Assembly (NCBI GenBank): GCA_043228905.1
Contig: JBHGNT010000002.1
Location: 12,090,001 to 12,154,000, forward strand
Source of the DNA: Azolla caroliniana
Lineage: Eukaryota > Plantae > Polypodiophyta
Length of the DNA: 64,000 nt
Direction: 5' to 3'
Within the stretch, counting starts at the first letter, position 1. Each line of letters opens with the position of its first letter. The notes under the pieces were generated by a model. The model had not been told where the DNA came from. It worked only from the letters and a program-made list of their open reading frames with translations, and searched no databases. The position numbers and the translations under genes were made by a program. Below, piece after piece: positions 25,601 to 38,288 of the stretch.

Positions 25601-26177
25601 TTGTAATTTTCCATATGCCCATATGCCCCCTCTTCTCCTTCTTGAATCCGTTTCCTTGCAATCCAACTATTTTCCCAAGTTGGGCCTTAATGGCCTCCAT
25701 CTTCATTCTCCAATTCTCAATTCGTATTCCAGTCTCTTGATTCTAGTGGATGGCGGAAATTGATCTCTTTAGATAACTCTCAGTTGCGCGTCTCGGCCAT
25801 TTGTCGGCTACCAGACCGTCTCCATCTGTCAATCTGGGTGGTTGTCCAACCGGCTTTGTTTGTGGCCATCTCTCGGCCTTGTCACATGTGGCCTCTGTAT
25901 TTCTGATGCTACCACATCAAATGCTCTATCGTAAGCTATTGATTTGATTGGAGGAAGAATCAGAACAACTTTGATGCCTTGAACTACTTATGTGATGAAT
26001 TTCTGCACAAACTAAGGAACATTTGAATAAGAGGTCGATCTTTCAAAATGTTCCATTAGATCTGTTGAATAGGAATGGTAGAATAATCAGCTTCCATTTG
26101 CTTCCAATACAATGATTCCATGTTCTTCTCCTCAAGTCTGATTTCCTTCACTTCTTTCCCCTTCATAGTCTCATCTC

Positions 26178-29100
26178 TGTTGGAGAAGAACGATGGAGAC
26201 GAACGTGCTGCTGTTTTGCCTTACCTGCAGAGAAAAGTCGAACAGCACACAAACGGAGGGAAAAAGAACACACAACAACTTTTTGGGGGCACAGGAAACC
26301 CTCATTTCTATTAGTTTTTATACTTATGCGTAAATAGTAAGAAATAACATATTTGGCCTTTTCTTACTATCAATCTCCCACTAAAAGGCCAAACTAGGGA
26401 TCAGCAAAGCTGATGGGAAGATTGAACAAGACCTACATATCCTACTTGATGAGTATGTTACAAGAGCACTGTGTAATCTCATGACCTAAGTAATCCCCAT
26501 CAAGTGGCAGCAATGCTCTAGTGCTTCATGCGGCAGAACTTTGGTCAATGCATCTGCAGCATTTTCTTGAGAAACAACTTTCTCAAGACTGATGTAGCCA
26601 GCAGCTATGCATTCTCGAATGAAGTGATATCTCACTCCAATGTGCTTGGTCTTTGCATGGTATACTGGGTTTTTAGCCAATGCAATGGCACTCTGACTAT
26701 CACAAAACAGTATGGGTACAAGCTTAGATATGCCCATGTCACAAGCTAATCTGGACAGCCATACGGCTTCCTTACAAGCTTCACTAGCTGCGACATACTC
26801 TGCTTCTGTAGTGGACAGAGCAGTACATTTTTGGAGACGAGATCTCCAAGATATCGCACCTCCCATAAACTGAAAAATATATCCTGAAGTGGATTTTCTG
26901 CTGTCAGAGCAGCCAGCATAATCAGAATCTGTATATCCGATGATGGATACATTTCCACCACCTAAACATAGACACCTATTCTTAGTGCCACACAGATATC
27001 TTAAAATCAGTTTAACTGCCTCCCAATGTTTATTACCAGAATTTGACATAAATCTGCTCACAGCTCCCACTGCGAAAGCAATGTCTGGCCTGGTCGCTAT
27101 CATAACGTACATAAGACTCCCGACTGCGGATTGATAAGGAACCTTGGACATAGATTTCTTGTCTTCATCAGATGTGGGGCAATCACATGTGCTCAGTTTT
27201 ACATATGTAGGCAAAGGGGTGCTCAACGGCTTTGCATTCTCCATATTAAACCTCTTTAGCACTTTCGATATGTACTCAACTTGAGACAAGTAAATGCATC
27301 GCTTACTCCTATCACGAGTGATACGCATACCAAGAATATGTTTTGCATCTCCCAAATCCTTCATGTCAAAGTTCTGGCCCAAGTTTTTCTTTAACGAGGA
27401 TAACTCATCCTTGTTTTTACCAACAATAAGCATGTCATCAACATATAATATCAAGGTGATAAAACTCCCATCTGAACAATTTTTTGTATAAAGACATGCA
27501 TCCTCATTGCTTCTAATATATCCTTGAGTCTTCATAAAAGCATCAAATTTCTGATACCATAACCTCGGGGACTGCTTAAGCCCATACAGACTCTTCTTGA
27601 GTTTACATACCAAATGTTCTTTTCCCAATACTTCATAACCTTCTGGTTGTTCCATATAAATGTCCTCATCAAGGTCCCCATGCAAGAAGGCAGTCTTCAC
27701 ATCCATTTGGACAAGTTCCAAATTCTGATTTGCAGCCAATGAAAGCAACATACGTAATGTAGTCATCTTAACTACAGGAGAAAAGGTTTCATCAAAATCA
27801 ATTCCATATTCTTGTTTGAAACCTTTGGCAACCAAGCGTGCTTTATACTTTGGAGAAGCACTATCAGATGTATGCTTATACTTGTATACCCATTTGCATG
27901 GCAATGCTTTCCTGTCCTTCGGCAAAGGTACTAAATCCCAAGTACCATTTTTATAAATGCTGTCCAATTCACTTTGCATGGCCTGTTTCCATTTCGCATG
28001 GTTATTTACAGATATGGCTTCATTGTAACATGAAGGTTCACCGGCATCTGTTAGCATTACATAATCAGCAAACTTACTAGGTGCCTTGGGGACACACATA
28101 GATCTCCTCAATGAATCCTGAACCTGAGTGCCATCAGGTTGTGCATGAGAAACATCATTCTGAGCATCATCATTATGAGCATAAACATCATCTTGCACAT
28201 CATTGTGCTGAGCATCATCATTTTCGGCATCTTCATCCTGACCAATAACAGGTTTTTGTGACTGCCCACATGTAGAAGCATCTACATCAGTGAGATTTTT
28301 CTGTTTTACATCAACAAAAGGCGTACTATCTTTAAATGCAACCTTCCTCACTTCTACCTCCTTCAAGGTCTGTTTATGCATTTTGTTCTCATCAAAAACA
28401 ACATCACTACTTCTGACCACAGTACGTGTGTCAGGATCCCATAAGCGATATCCAAACTGCCCGTCAATTCCGTAACCAAGAAATATACATTTTCTGCATT
28501 TATAGTCTAATTTCTTTCTTAAGGTTTTTGGAATGTGTACATATGCTTCGCATCCAAAAACTCTAAGATGAGCATAATGAGGTATTTTGCCTGTCCACAA
28601 CTCTTGTGCCACTTTTAGGCCTATGGTTGTGTTCGGTGATAGGTTAATCACATGGACTGCTGTTAAAACAGCTTCTGCCCAAAAACCTTGCGAGAGGTTT
28701 GCATGGTGTAGCATAGAGACAACTCTGTCCTGGATGGTTCTGTTCATCCTCTCAGCCACACCATTTTGGACAGGGGTGTAGGGAGCTGTAAACTCTCTCC
28801 GAATGCCTCTAGACTTGCAAAAGTCATCAAATTCATGAGAGGTATACTCACCTCCATTGTCTGAACGTAAGGCCTTGAGCTTTATGTCCTTTTCCAGCTC
28901 AACCGAACTAAGCCATTTTCTGAAAGTGGGTTATACATCATCCTTTCCCTTAATTGGATAAGCCCAAACTTTCCTAGTGGCATCATCAATGAAAGTAACA
29001 AAATATAGTGCACCGCCCAAAGATCTTGTGGGCATAGGTCCACAAACATCCGTGTGGACAAGATCCAATGGTTTAGTGGATGAGTTAACACTGGTCTTAT

Positions 29101-31341
29101 GTGCACTTCTTGTTTGCTTACCATGCTGACAATGCTCACATAAGCCAAAATCAGAGAATGACAACTTAGGTAAGTGGCCATAACGAGATAGGATTTCCAT
29201 GCCATTTCTTGACATGTGGCCTAAACGACCATGCCAAATGCTCGTCATTGGCTGTTCTGTGACAGCCAACAAGTGTTCCTTTTGATTAACAAATAAAGGG
29301 TAGAGGGAACAAACTTTGTTCCCTTTCGCGACAATAATATTTCCTTTCGTTATACGAAAGGATTGAGAGGCAAACATCACCTTATATCCGTTGTCATCAA
29401 GCTGACCAACGGAAATCAAACTACGAGTTAGTTGAGGAACGTGGCGTACATCTTTAATGGTCAAATGAGAACCATCACTAAAATGCATTGAGATATTTCC
29501 AATGCCAATCACATCACACTGATGTGAGTCTCCAAGTCGAACTTTCCCAAGTGACTTGGCTTCATAACATGTGAACCACTCTCTATGTGGAGTCACATGA
29601 AACGATGCACCGGAGTCCAACAACCACGTATGTGATGGGGAAAAAACCGTGTTCACCCCAGCATGTGTGCTAACATCATCTAGGACCAAGATGTCCGTCT
29701 CATCACATGTTGCATTTACTTCCTCTATTTCCACCGAGGAAGAAGGACCACTAGATTGTCTACCATGCCCTCTAGCATTATCTTTCTCCTTATTTTTTAG
29801 GGCATAACAATCTTTCTTAAGGTGTCCCTTTTTATGACAGTAATAACATTCCATATTTTTCTTCCTAGATTTGCTTCTACCTCTATCATTTCCACTACTA
29901 TTTCTTGTTTGGCTCCTACCACGTTGTTGGTTCTTGCGAGGACCAACATCAGAAACATTATATGCATCTCCATTGTGTGATGCAATCACAGATTTTCTAC
30001 GAATTTCTTCACCCAAAAGAGCTCCACATATGTCATTATAGACTAATTTCCCATTTGGTGCACTTGCACTAATAGCGGTGCAAAAAGTGTTCCATGAGCT
30101 AGGCAAAGTGCATAACAAAAATACACATTTCAACTCATCATCAAAAATCATTTTCTGAGCCAGTAATTGTGACCATAATGCATCAAAATCATTCAAATGA
30201 GAAGCGACATTGTCATTGTCCTTCATTCGAAGATCATAAAGTTTTCTTATTAGATAAACTTTGTTTGATGCGGTCTCTTTTTCGTATGTACTGGATAGTT
30301 TAGTCCATAGCTTTTCAGCTGAGTCACAGTCCAAGACCGTGAAATACACGTTGTCAGCCAGGTGCAGTCTTATGGTAGACATTGCCAAGAGATCGAGCTC
30401 TTCCCAATCGTCCTTGGTTATGCCCTCGGGTCTCTTGGCTTCACCACTTATAGCTCTTAATTGCCTTCTTTGAATCAGGACATCTCTCATCTGATTCTTC
30501 CACAGGGCAAAGTTGGATCCGTCAAATTTACGGATCTCAAGGTGGTCTTTTCCACCCATAGAGTGATTTCTATGGGAATTGAACGAACCACCGCGTGAGG
30601 TACTTGAAACCTCAGACATTTCAGAGGCAGCCATTTGGATGCTAGGTAAATAAACTTGGTCAATCCCAAATATAAGCAACTAACAATAGTTGAGACACTA
30701 CTCACTACCTAGACTCAAACCGTGTTCTAGGGTAGGTATTTGTGTTCGATTGAGGACAACACCTCTCTCTTATATCAGCCAAGGCAAAAGGACTGCAACT
30801 AGGACGTAACTTCAACGTCAAAAGGAAAAACTCACATCAAGTGACATCAAGTGAGCAAGCATCGGGAAAAACCAAATACAAGTTCTTTTACTTGTAACTT
30901 CTCACTTTGTATGCTAGAAACAGTGAGTCTTCTCTGTTTCTAGCTTTCACCAAAGGTCTACTCTTTTTTCCCAAAATATTGGCACACAAAAAAAAAAGGA
31001 AATGTTCAGACGAGAAGTGTACTAGATATTACCTCTATCGAGGTCTTGAAAAAATAGCATGTGCAGAGGGGGGAAACGCAGAAAGGTCGGATGCTTGCTG
31101 CCACACACAGTCTCACGAGGTCCAAGCTCTGATACCACTGTTGGAGAAGAACGATGGAGACGGACGTGCTGCTGTTTTGCCTTACCTGCAGAGAAAAGTC
31201 GAACAACACACAGACGGAGGGAAAAAGAACACACAACAACTTTTTGGGGGCACAGGAAACCCTCATTTCTATTAGTTTTTATACTTAATGCGTAAATAGT
31301 AAGAAATAACATATTTGGTATTTGGCCTTTTCTTACTATCA
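26178..31341 (-). mobile_element. Near-intact Ty1/copia element D
   Basis: LTRs 26178-26372 and 31139-31341 differ by 3 substitutions plus 1-bp and 7-bp indels (counted by eye). TSD ATCTC (26173-26177, 31342-31346). Met PBS TGGTATCAGAGC on minus at 31126-31137; PPT next to 26373. Confidence 0.97.
26486..30634 (-). pseudogene. Gag-pol polyprotein of element D with one premature stop
   Basis: ORFs 28931-30679 and 26486-28759 share a frame and are separated only by TAA at 28931-28933 (GKDDV*PTFRKW). Zinc knuckle CYYCHKKGHLKKDC, protease LDSGAS, integrase, RT YVDD, RNase H ENAADALTK. Confidence 0.93.
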
Positions 31342-32067
31342 ATCTCATCTATCAATAGCTTTGTCCATGTCTTTGAGCATACATTCTCCCCTCCCCTTGA
31401 GTTTTAAATTTCCATATCCTGGTCTATAGTGCTATTGGTTCCTGATGTTTTGAAGCATCTTGGTAATATTGAATGCTCTTCTCTACTGATTGGCTATGCT
31501 CTACAAGCCCATCTGAAGCAAGCTTTACAAGAGATGTTGGCGGGTGTCCATCGTTCCTGGCTCTCGATCCATGAGGACTGCCCTTGGTGGTAATTGTGGC
31601 TAGAAGGTGGTGTTGTTTTGAAGGGAGTGGTGTGGCTTGAACGGGATCAATAGCTGCTGCGAGTGGTGATGATGGAAGAAGCCATAGCCATCTCTCTGTA
31701 CCTTGACTTACTATGTTCTAGAATCATCTTCTGTTTATCAGCATAACCATCTCTATACGAGAGGCCATCTCCTCAATCTTCTCTCTGGCCTTAGAAACCT
31801 TGGTCTTCATACATTCAATCGATCGAGCTCTCTCTCTCTGGTCATACATTCAATCAAAGAATTATTCTTTCTGAGAAGCGCTTTGCAGAGGCGGTGATGG
31901 TGATGATCTCTTCATCCAGGGAGGTTGCTAGTAACAACAATATAGGATCGCGATGAACCTCTGATTTTGGCATATTTGAATTCCGTCCCTTCCAATTTAT
32001 ACCATAGGGCTATCTAGAGCTGCACGCATGCAGGCACTTTTGCCTAGAATGTTGTCTTCAGTAGATG

Positions 32068-32495
32068 TGTTGAGAAGTGAGAGGAGAAAGAAGGCAACTA
32101 TAGGAGGCTAGCTGCCCACGAAACCCTAAATAGAATGATAAGAGTGTATGTACGAAGAAGGGCGAAGGGGAAAGCAGTATATTGTGGTAGGAATTGGCGA
32201 ATCTCCTCTAAGGTAATGCGCACCATTCCTGTGCCTGTACCAACAGACACACACAACACAAACATACACACAAGGATGAAGAGAGAGATATGGATATGAC
32301 GTAAAGCTTCTTTCTTCAGGAAGGAAGCCGGAAGGGATGGAACTGGATCCGGTATGAATTGGAAGAGGGACAGATATGTAGATATGTTTCCTAGGAGCTA
32401 TTGAGGACACATTCGTAATTAGCCCGTAAGTTATATGAGTATAAATATAACTAGGGAAAGTGTGTATCACCAAGGTTGTAGTTGTTGTATTGTTG

Positions 32496-32557
<62 letters not shown>

Positions 32558-32775
32558 GAAAGTATTTTTTGTTGTAACCGCAAGTTGGCGAAGACAAATC
32601 TCGAGGTCGTTGCCTCAAAGTCTCCCATTGTATTCTTCCTCTCTATAGTGAGGCTATTTGGAGTTAGAGAACTCCCGTGGTTTTGCCTCTCGAGGTTTTC
32701 CATGTAAACATTTGGTGTCGTCTTAGTTGTTTGTGTAAGTACATCGTTGTTTTCTATTTAATCTTCCATTTGCAT
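32068..32775 (+). mobile_element. Isolated LTR of the C/E copia family containing (GA)n at 32500-32552
   Basis: TGTTGAG start. Shares AGTATAAATA..CTAGGG, CTCGAGGTCGTTGCCT and CTCCCGTGGTTTTGCCT blocks with the C LTRs. No TSD found. Confidence 0.7.
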
Positions 32776-32789
32776 TGTGGAACTTAGTT

Positions 32790-34450
32790 GTGGCCGAGCT
32801 TGATTCTCATTAGCCAGGACACATGCGACCACCTGCTCGATTGTCTGCTATGAGAAGTCGATCAAGGCGAGAGTCGTGCGCAGAGTCAGCCGATCATGCC
32901 TTTGATATCTTGGTTCATAATAGTTGTCCCAATCATAGTCGTAATAGTAGTCCTCTTATTTTGGGGAGACCGCCGATCGTGCCTTCAATATCTTGGTTCT
33001 TAATAGTCGTCCCGATCATGGTCGTAATAGTAGTCCTCTACTGGGCGATAGCGGTCCTTTTTAGACCGGTAATAGTCGTCTTGAAGCCGATCGTCTAGCC
33101 AGTAACGCTCTTCCTCGGCCGATATCTATTGTCCCGGCAATAACGATCCTCCACAACTCGGTAGCGATCTTCGCGTCGATGACGATCCTCGTACCAGGGC
33201 CGCTCGGCATCCGAATTCCGAGATGGTGGATGCTCACGATCATCCTAGCGAGGACGGTCGTGGCGGGGCTCGATTTGGCATGCGGGACCGACGATTGTGC
33301 GGTTGAGCATATTATATTCACACTACTCTACTATACGCACTCGGGAATGGTAGATCGGGCAGTGTGGATGAAGAGGGAAATCCACAGGCGAGTGGCCGCA
33401 ATTTGAGCATGTTGTACATTGGAGAGCCTCCCGAAATTGGGTTTGTTCGTGTGTCGGCAAGGCGTTTTTGAGCGACCCCATCGAAGAAAAGGTACTATGT
33501 TGGGTTTTGTCCACAACCAGGACGCAGGCGACCACCTGCTCGATTGTCTGCAGTGAGAAGTCGGTCAAGGCGAGATTCATGCTCACAGGCTCCCGTAGTC
33601 CTGCGAGGAATGTGTCTTTTAAATAATTGGCAAACATATCTTGGGTGAGTTGTCGATAGAGATCTTGGAAGCAGATCGTAACCTGGGAAACTGTTTCATG
33701 CGGTTCCTGTGCAATAGCGTAGAATTGACGGAGCAGTTCTCACTTAGGTATCTCAATTAGGAACGTCCTGAAACATAGAAAATTCCCTAAGATCGTGGTG
33801 AGAATACCACCATGAAGTGGGTCCATCGAGGGACAATATGAACTCCACGATTTTCGATGCGTTGACTTCAGTCGCGATGCGACACTGAGTCAAATGGTTG
33901 GCTTGCCAAGTTGACACAAAAGAGCAGATGTGTGATTCAGCATCAGGGCCATCCGTGTAACGTGGATCTCAAGTATGGCATAGTGTCAAAGTCCAGGTCT
34001 TCTGGTAAGGCCAGAAATGGGTTATATTTGGCTTGGTTAACTTCAGGACGGATGTGACGAAACGACATCAAGGCCCAGGTTCGATTGGGTGTTTTGTGCC
34101 GGTGGCGACGAGGGGTGAAACTCAAATAGCTCGGGCCATGATAGTTGTGTGAGGGTGGAATCAGAAGTTCCCTCAGCTGGCTCAGCGATACGGGATGGTA
34201 ACGGAGAATGCGTGGTGCAGGTGGGTGCCGTAATGGCGGCCAGGGTGTCCTCCTACGTTCGTTGTGACCTCACAACGTGAACCGGGCGTGCCAACTTGTG
34301 TTACCTTCTTCTTAGGGATACACCTTCGATTACTCCCTTGAGTAATTGGCTCAAGGGATCGTGGTTACATAGGAGGGTACGATAGGGCTGAGTAGGCTGA
34401 TCAGTGATACGATAACCGGTCACAACCGATATGCTACTTATTACTTAATA
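32790..34450 (-). mobile_element. Gypsy-like 5' fragment: truncated LTR, Arg-type PBS and degenerate gag
   Basis: On minus, LTR end ...GGTAACACA at 34297, then PBS TGGCACGCCCGGT (34281-34293). Gag-like text YLKDTFLAGLREP with a Cys/His cluster (33323-33637). Confidence 0.6.
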
Positions 34451-34451
34451 A

Positions 34452-37400
34452 TAGCCGTTTCAGCCAAATGACTTCGCATGTAGCGACAATCGCCCCTCGA
34501 TATTCGGCCTCCGTGCTTGACAGTGCTATTGTCGGCTGCCTTTTGCTGCTCCACACGATCGCCGCGCTTCCATCTTCGGCTTCTTCAGCCGGTTCGAAGT
34601 CAAATTCTCCATCCGACTCCGCATCTCGGTCACTTCCGCTGTGATGCTTATCTCCGCTCCTTTCACGCTCTTGTCCTTGTTCTTCCTTTCTCCCCCTCAA
34701 GTTGGCGTGTCAAGGTGACGCAACCCAAGCGCACCTGAGAAATGTCGTAACTTGTGGAGACCAAGTGGCTTGATGAAGATGTCAGCAACCTGCCGATCCG
34801 TCGGAACATACACTAGTTCGACTTCACCTGAAAGGACCCCCTCGCAGGCAAAATGGTAATGCACCTCAATGTGCTTGGTCTAGGCGTGGAACATGAGGTT
34901 TTTCACAAGGTGGATAATGCTGACGTTGTCGCAATAGATCGTCGTCAGATCAGACACCTCTACCTATAGATCCCGTAATAGCCGTTTCAGCCAAATGACT
35001 TCGCACGTAGCGACAGTCGCCCCTCGATATTCAGCCTCCGTGCTCGACAGTGCTACTGTCGGCTGCTTTTTGCTGCTCCATGCGATTACCGCACTTCCTA
35101 ACGAGAAGGTGTATCCGGATGTGGATTTACGATCACTGGCGTTTCCGGCCCAATCGGCATCCGTGTAGCTGACTAACTATTCGGCTACGCCTGCTCGATA
35201 TAGCAAAGCCATGTCTTTCATGCCGCTAACATATCGCAATATCTGTTGTGCGCATTGAAAGTGTTCGGCCGTAGGCTGCGACATGAATTGACTGATTAAG
35301 CCGACCGGGTAGCTAAGATCCAGCCGAGTAATCGTTAAATAGATAAGGCTTCCGACAATCTGTTGGAACCGTGTCAGGTCACATGCGTTTCTCGAATCTC
35401 GGCGAAGCTTTGTGTTTCTATCCAGAGGGATCGAGATGGGCTTACAGTTTGCCATCCCGAACTTGAAGAGCATATTTAACATGTAATGACGCTGGCTGAT
35501 CAATATGCCTTCGGGAGTACGGATCACTTCGATCCCGAGGAAGTGATGAAGGTCTCCGAGATCCTTCATTTCAAAAGATGCCGCAAGCTCAGACTTCACG
35601 CAGCGAATTTCTTCCAGGTCGGCACCAACGATGACTAAATCATCAACATATAATAGGAGACTAACTGGTCCGTGTTGACCTTGCCAAACAAATAGCGAAG
35701 AGTCTGATTTCGATGTCGTAAAACCCATCCTACGCAGTTGTTGTGTAATATTTATGTTCCAGGCGCGCAGGGCTTGCTTAAGTCTGTACAATGACTTGTT
35801 CAGTCGGTAAACCGCCGAGCTGTTTCGTTCGGATAAAAATCTGGGGGGTTGTACCATGTACACCTGTTCCTCAAGGTCACCTTGCAGGAACACGTTGTTT
35901 ACATCCATTTGTTGTAAGTGCCACCCCTTTGCCGCTGCTACGGCTAGTAGGACTCGCACGGTAGTCATCTTCCCAATAGGCGTGAAGGTCTCGTCATAGT
36001 CCACGCTGTGCTTCTGCGTGTAGCCTTTGGCTACTAAACGGGCCTTGTAGCGGTTGATAGAGCCATCGGTGTTGCATTTCACCTTATACACCCATCTCCA
36101 TCCGATTGGCTTCACACCTTTTGGTGCGTCAACTAGGTCCTAGGTTTCATTTTCCGCCAATGCGTGCATCTCTTCCTCCATTGCGACACGCCAGTTCTCG
36201 TCTTTTGCCACTTCTGCGTAGCTCTCCAGATCACGCACTTCCACCACTTGCGTCATGTACGCGTAATGGTGCGCCATGTACTCATTATACCCGTATCTCT
36301 TTATGGGGTTCTTGAGGCAGGTAGATTAGCGTAATTCGTGATTACTCGATTTCACGACCTTTTCAGCTACTGTCGACCTCTTCCGTGGAGGTTCTTTTTC
36401 AGTTTGCCCGTAGTCAAACTCACTCCGATCTAACTCGGCACTGTCGAAGTCGTATTCCGGCATTTTCATCTTGCCTTTTTCCTTGCACATAAGCCGTCTC
36501 CTCGGCTTCCTGCGCGGGGAATGCACAACCGAGTCTCCACTACTCGCCATCTCATCATCTGGTTGGCCATTTCGGCTCAACCCCGCATTCTGCCTGCTTA
36601 GCGGAAATGAGATCAGACTCTCTCTCAGAGCTCCGACGTCCTCATCATGCAGAGGCATTTCAACCTCGCTGATTCCTTCTTGAGAAATCGGAATGGAGTC
36701 ATGAGGTTCTGGAGGAGAAGGCAGGTACCACGAAGCGGACTTGTCAAATACGACATCACGGCTGACGCATACTTCCTTTGTTTGGGGGTTATAGCACTCA
36801 TACCCCTTTTGCTTATCTGGATAGCCGACCAAGATACATATCTCGACTTTAGCATCCAGTTTCCTCCTTTTCTCTTTCGGCATGTGCACATATGCTATGC
36901 TGCCGAAAATCCTCAAGTGTGCCAAGTTCGGCTTTTTCCCAAAATACAGCTCATGTGGCGACACTCCATTAGCAAAAGTCTGATTCTGCAAGTAGGCAGC
37001 CGTCTTCACGGCTTCAGCCCAATAGAATTTCCGCATATGCTTCTCTTCAAGCATTTCCCTAGCCGCTTCTTCAATCGTCCGATTCTTCCGCTCGGCCACG
37101 TTGTTCTACTGCGGCGTGTATCTACACGAGAATTCGCGTCAAATTCCCTCCTTCTGTAGATAACTTATGAACTAGTCGGAGAAGTACTCCTTCCTGCCAT
37201 TGGACCGTAGGCATTTGATCTTACGCCTTGTTTCCCTTTCTGCAAGGCTCTTCACCTTTAGGAAACATGCGAAGACTTCGCTCTTCTTCTCAATCATGCA
37301 TGCCGACATGTGCCGAGTGAAGCCGCACCAAGGCAAACCTCGCACCATTTCATCTTCCTCGACGTTCACGTTGTCGGAGGTGAGAGAGTCGCTGATTTCT

Positions 37401-38288
37401 TTGATCTTGGTGGTGTAATCAGCCACCGACATATCTCTTTCTCGTACATTGCTGAGCTCCTGTTTGAGCTGCAGTTTCCTGGCCATTGTGCTGGCGGCAA
37501 AAATCCTTTTGAGATTCGCCCATGCATCCTTTGGTGTCTTGGCATCCTGAATATAGCTCAAAAGCTGATCGCTCACACAGGACGCGAAGCAATACATCAC
37601 TCTGCTTGCCGCTTGTTCCCAAGCCGGATAGTCCCTGTGTGTCGAGTCGGGTGCCACATCGTTTGCTCCTTCGACATAACTCCAGTAGCCATGGCCGAGC
37701 AGGTACTGGTGCATCTTGTAAGACCAAGATGCGTAGTTGCTTCTGTCAAGATTTTCAGTTGGAAGTGAGCTTCCCATTCTTGTGTCCATAGTATTGTCTT
37801 TTTCTTCTCCGAAAGCGAACAACTTCAACTCTGTTTTGTCACAAACTTTTCTTGTCAGATGCAAAGGACTTAAACCCTTGCGCTTTGATACCATGTAAAA
37901 GAATACACAGAGTACACAGTTCGGAGGAATAAGACAGTTCAGTAAAACATAGAAAACGCAGAGATGGAGATGGAGATGGAGAGAGCAGACAACAGAAAGC
38001 TCAGATTAAAAAATAAGGACTCCTGTTCTGTGTACATACTTCATGCTCAGTGAGCACCTTATATACAAGCCCTAACAATCGGGCTGACACAAGTACTGAC
38101 AGTACTTGAATGCTCATAAATGAGCTCTACACCGACTCCAAAATATATTCCTACGTGGAATATCTTTCCAACGGCCTCGCGGTTTACGCACCGCTATGGC
38201 CACGTTATGCGTATTGTTTTACGCACCCAATCTACGCACTGGGTTATGCACCATATTACGCACCCAATGTTGAGCTTGTCACTCAACA
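34452..38288 (-). mobile_element. Copia element of the B family, internally deleted, 3' LTR missing; abuts the 5' LTR of E
   Basis: LTR 37894-38288 begins TGTTGAGTGACAAGCTCAACA; PBS TGGTATCAAAGC 37882-37893; gag ENLDRSNYASWSYKMHQYL similar to B; gag joined to integrase near 37310; RT YVDD (35177-36115); RNase [10 protein letters not shown]. Confidence 0.88.

Larger units (their letters stand above)
24284..32060 (-). mobile_element. Degenerate LTR-element remnant hosting element D; boundaries uncertain
   Basis: TGTTG start with minus-strand TATAAAA near 24445. Decayed minus-strand coding-like text on both sides of D (25550-26177, 31342-31960). No recognisable enzyme motif. Confidence 0.4.

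Noticed and set aside
28931-28933. Programmed read-through stop in element D
   Set aside because: The stop lies inside the integrase core, not at a gag-pol boundary; a Tyr-to-stop substitution is simpler.
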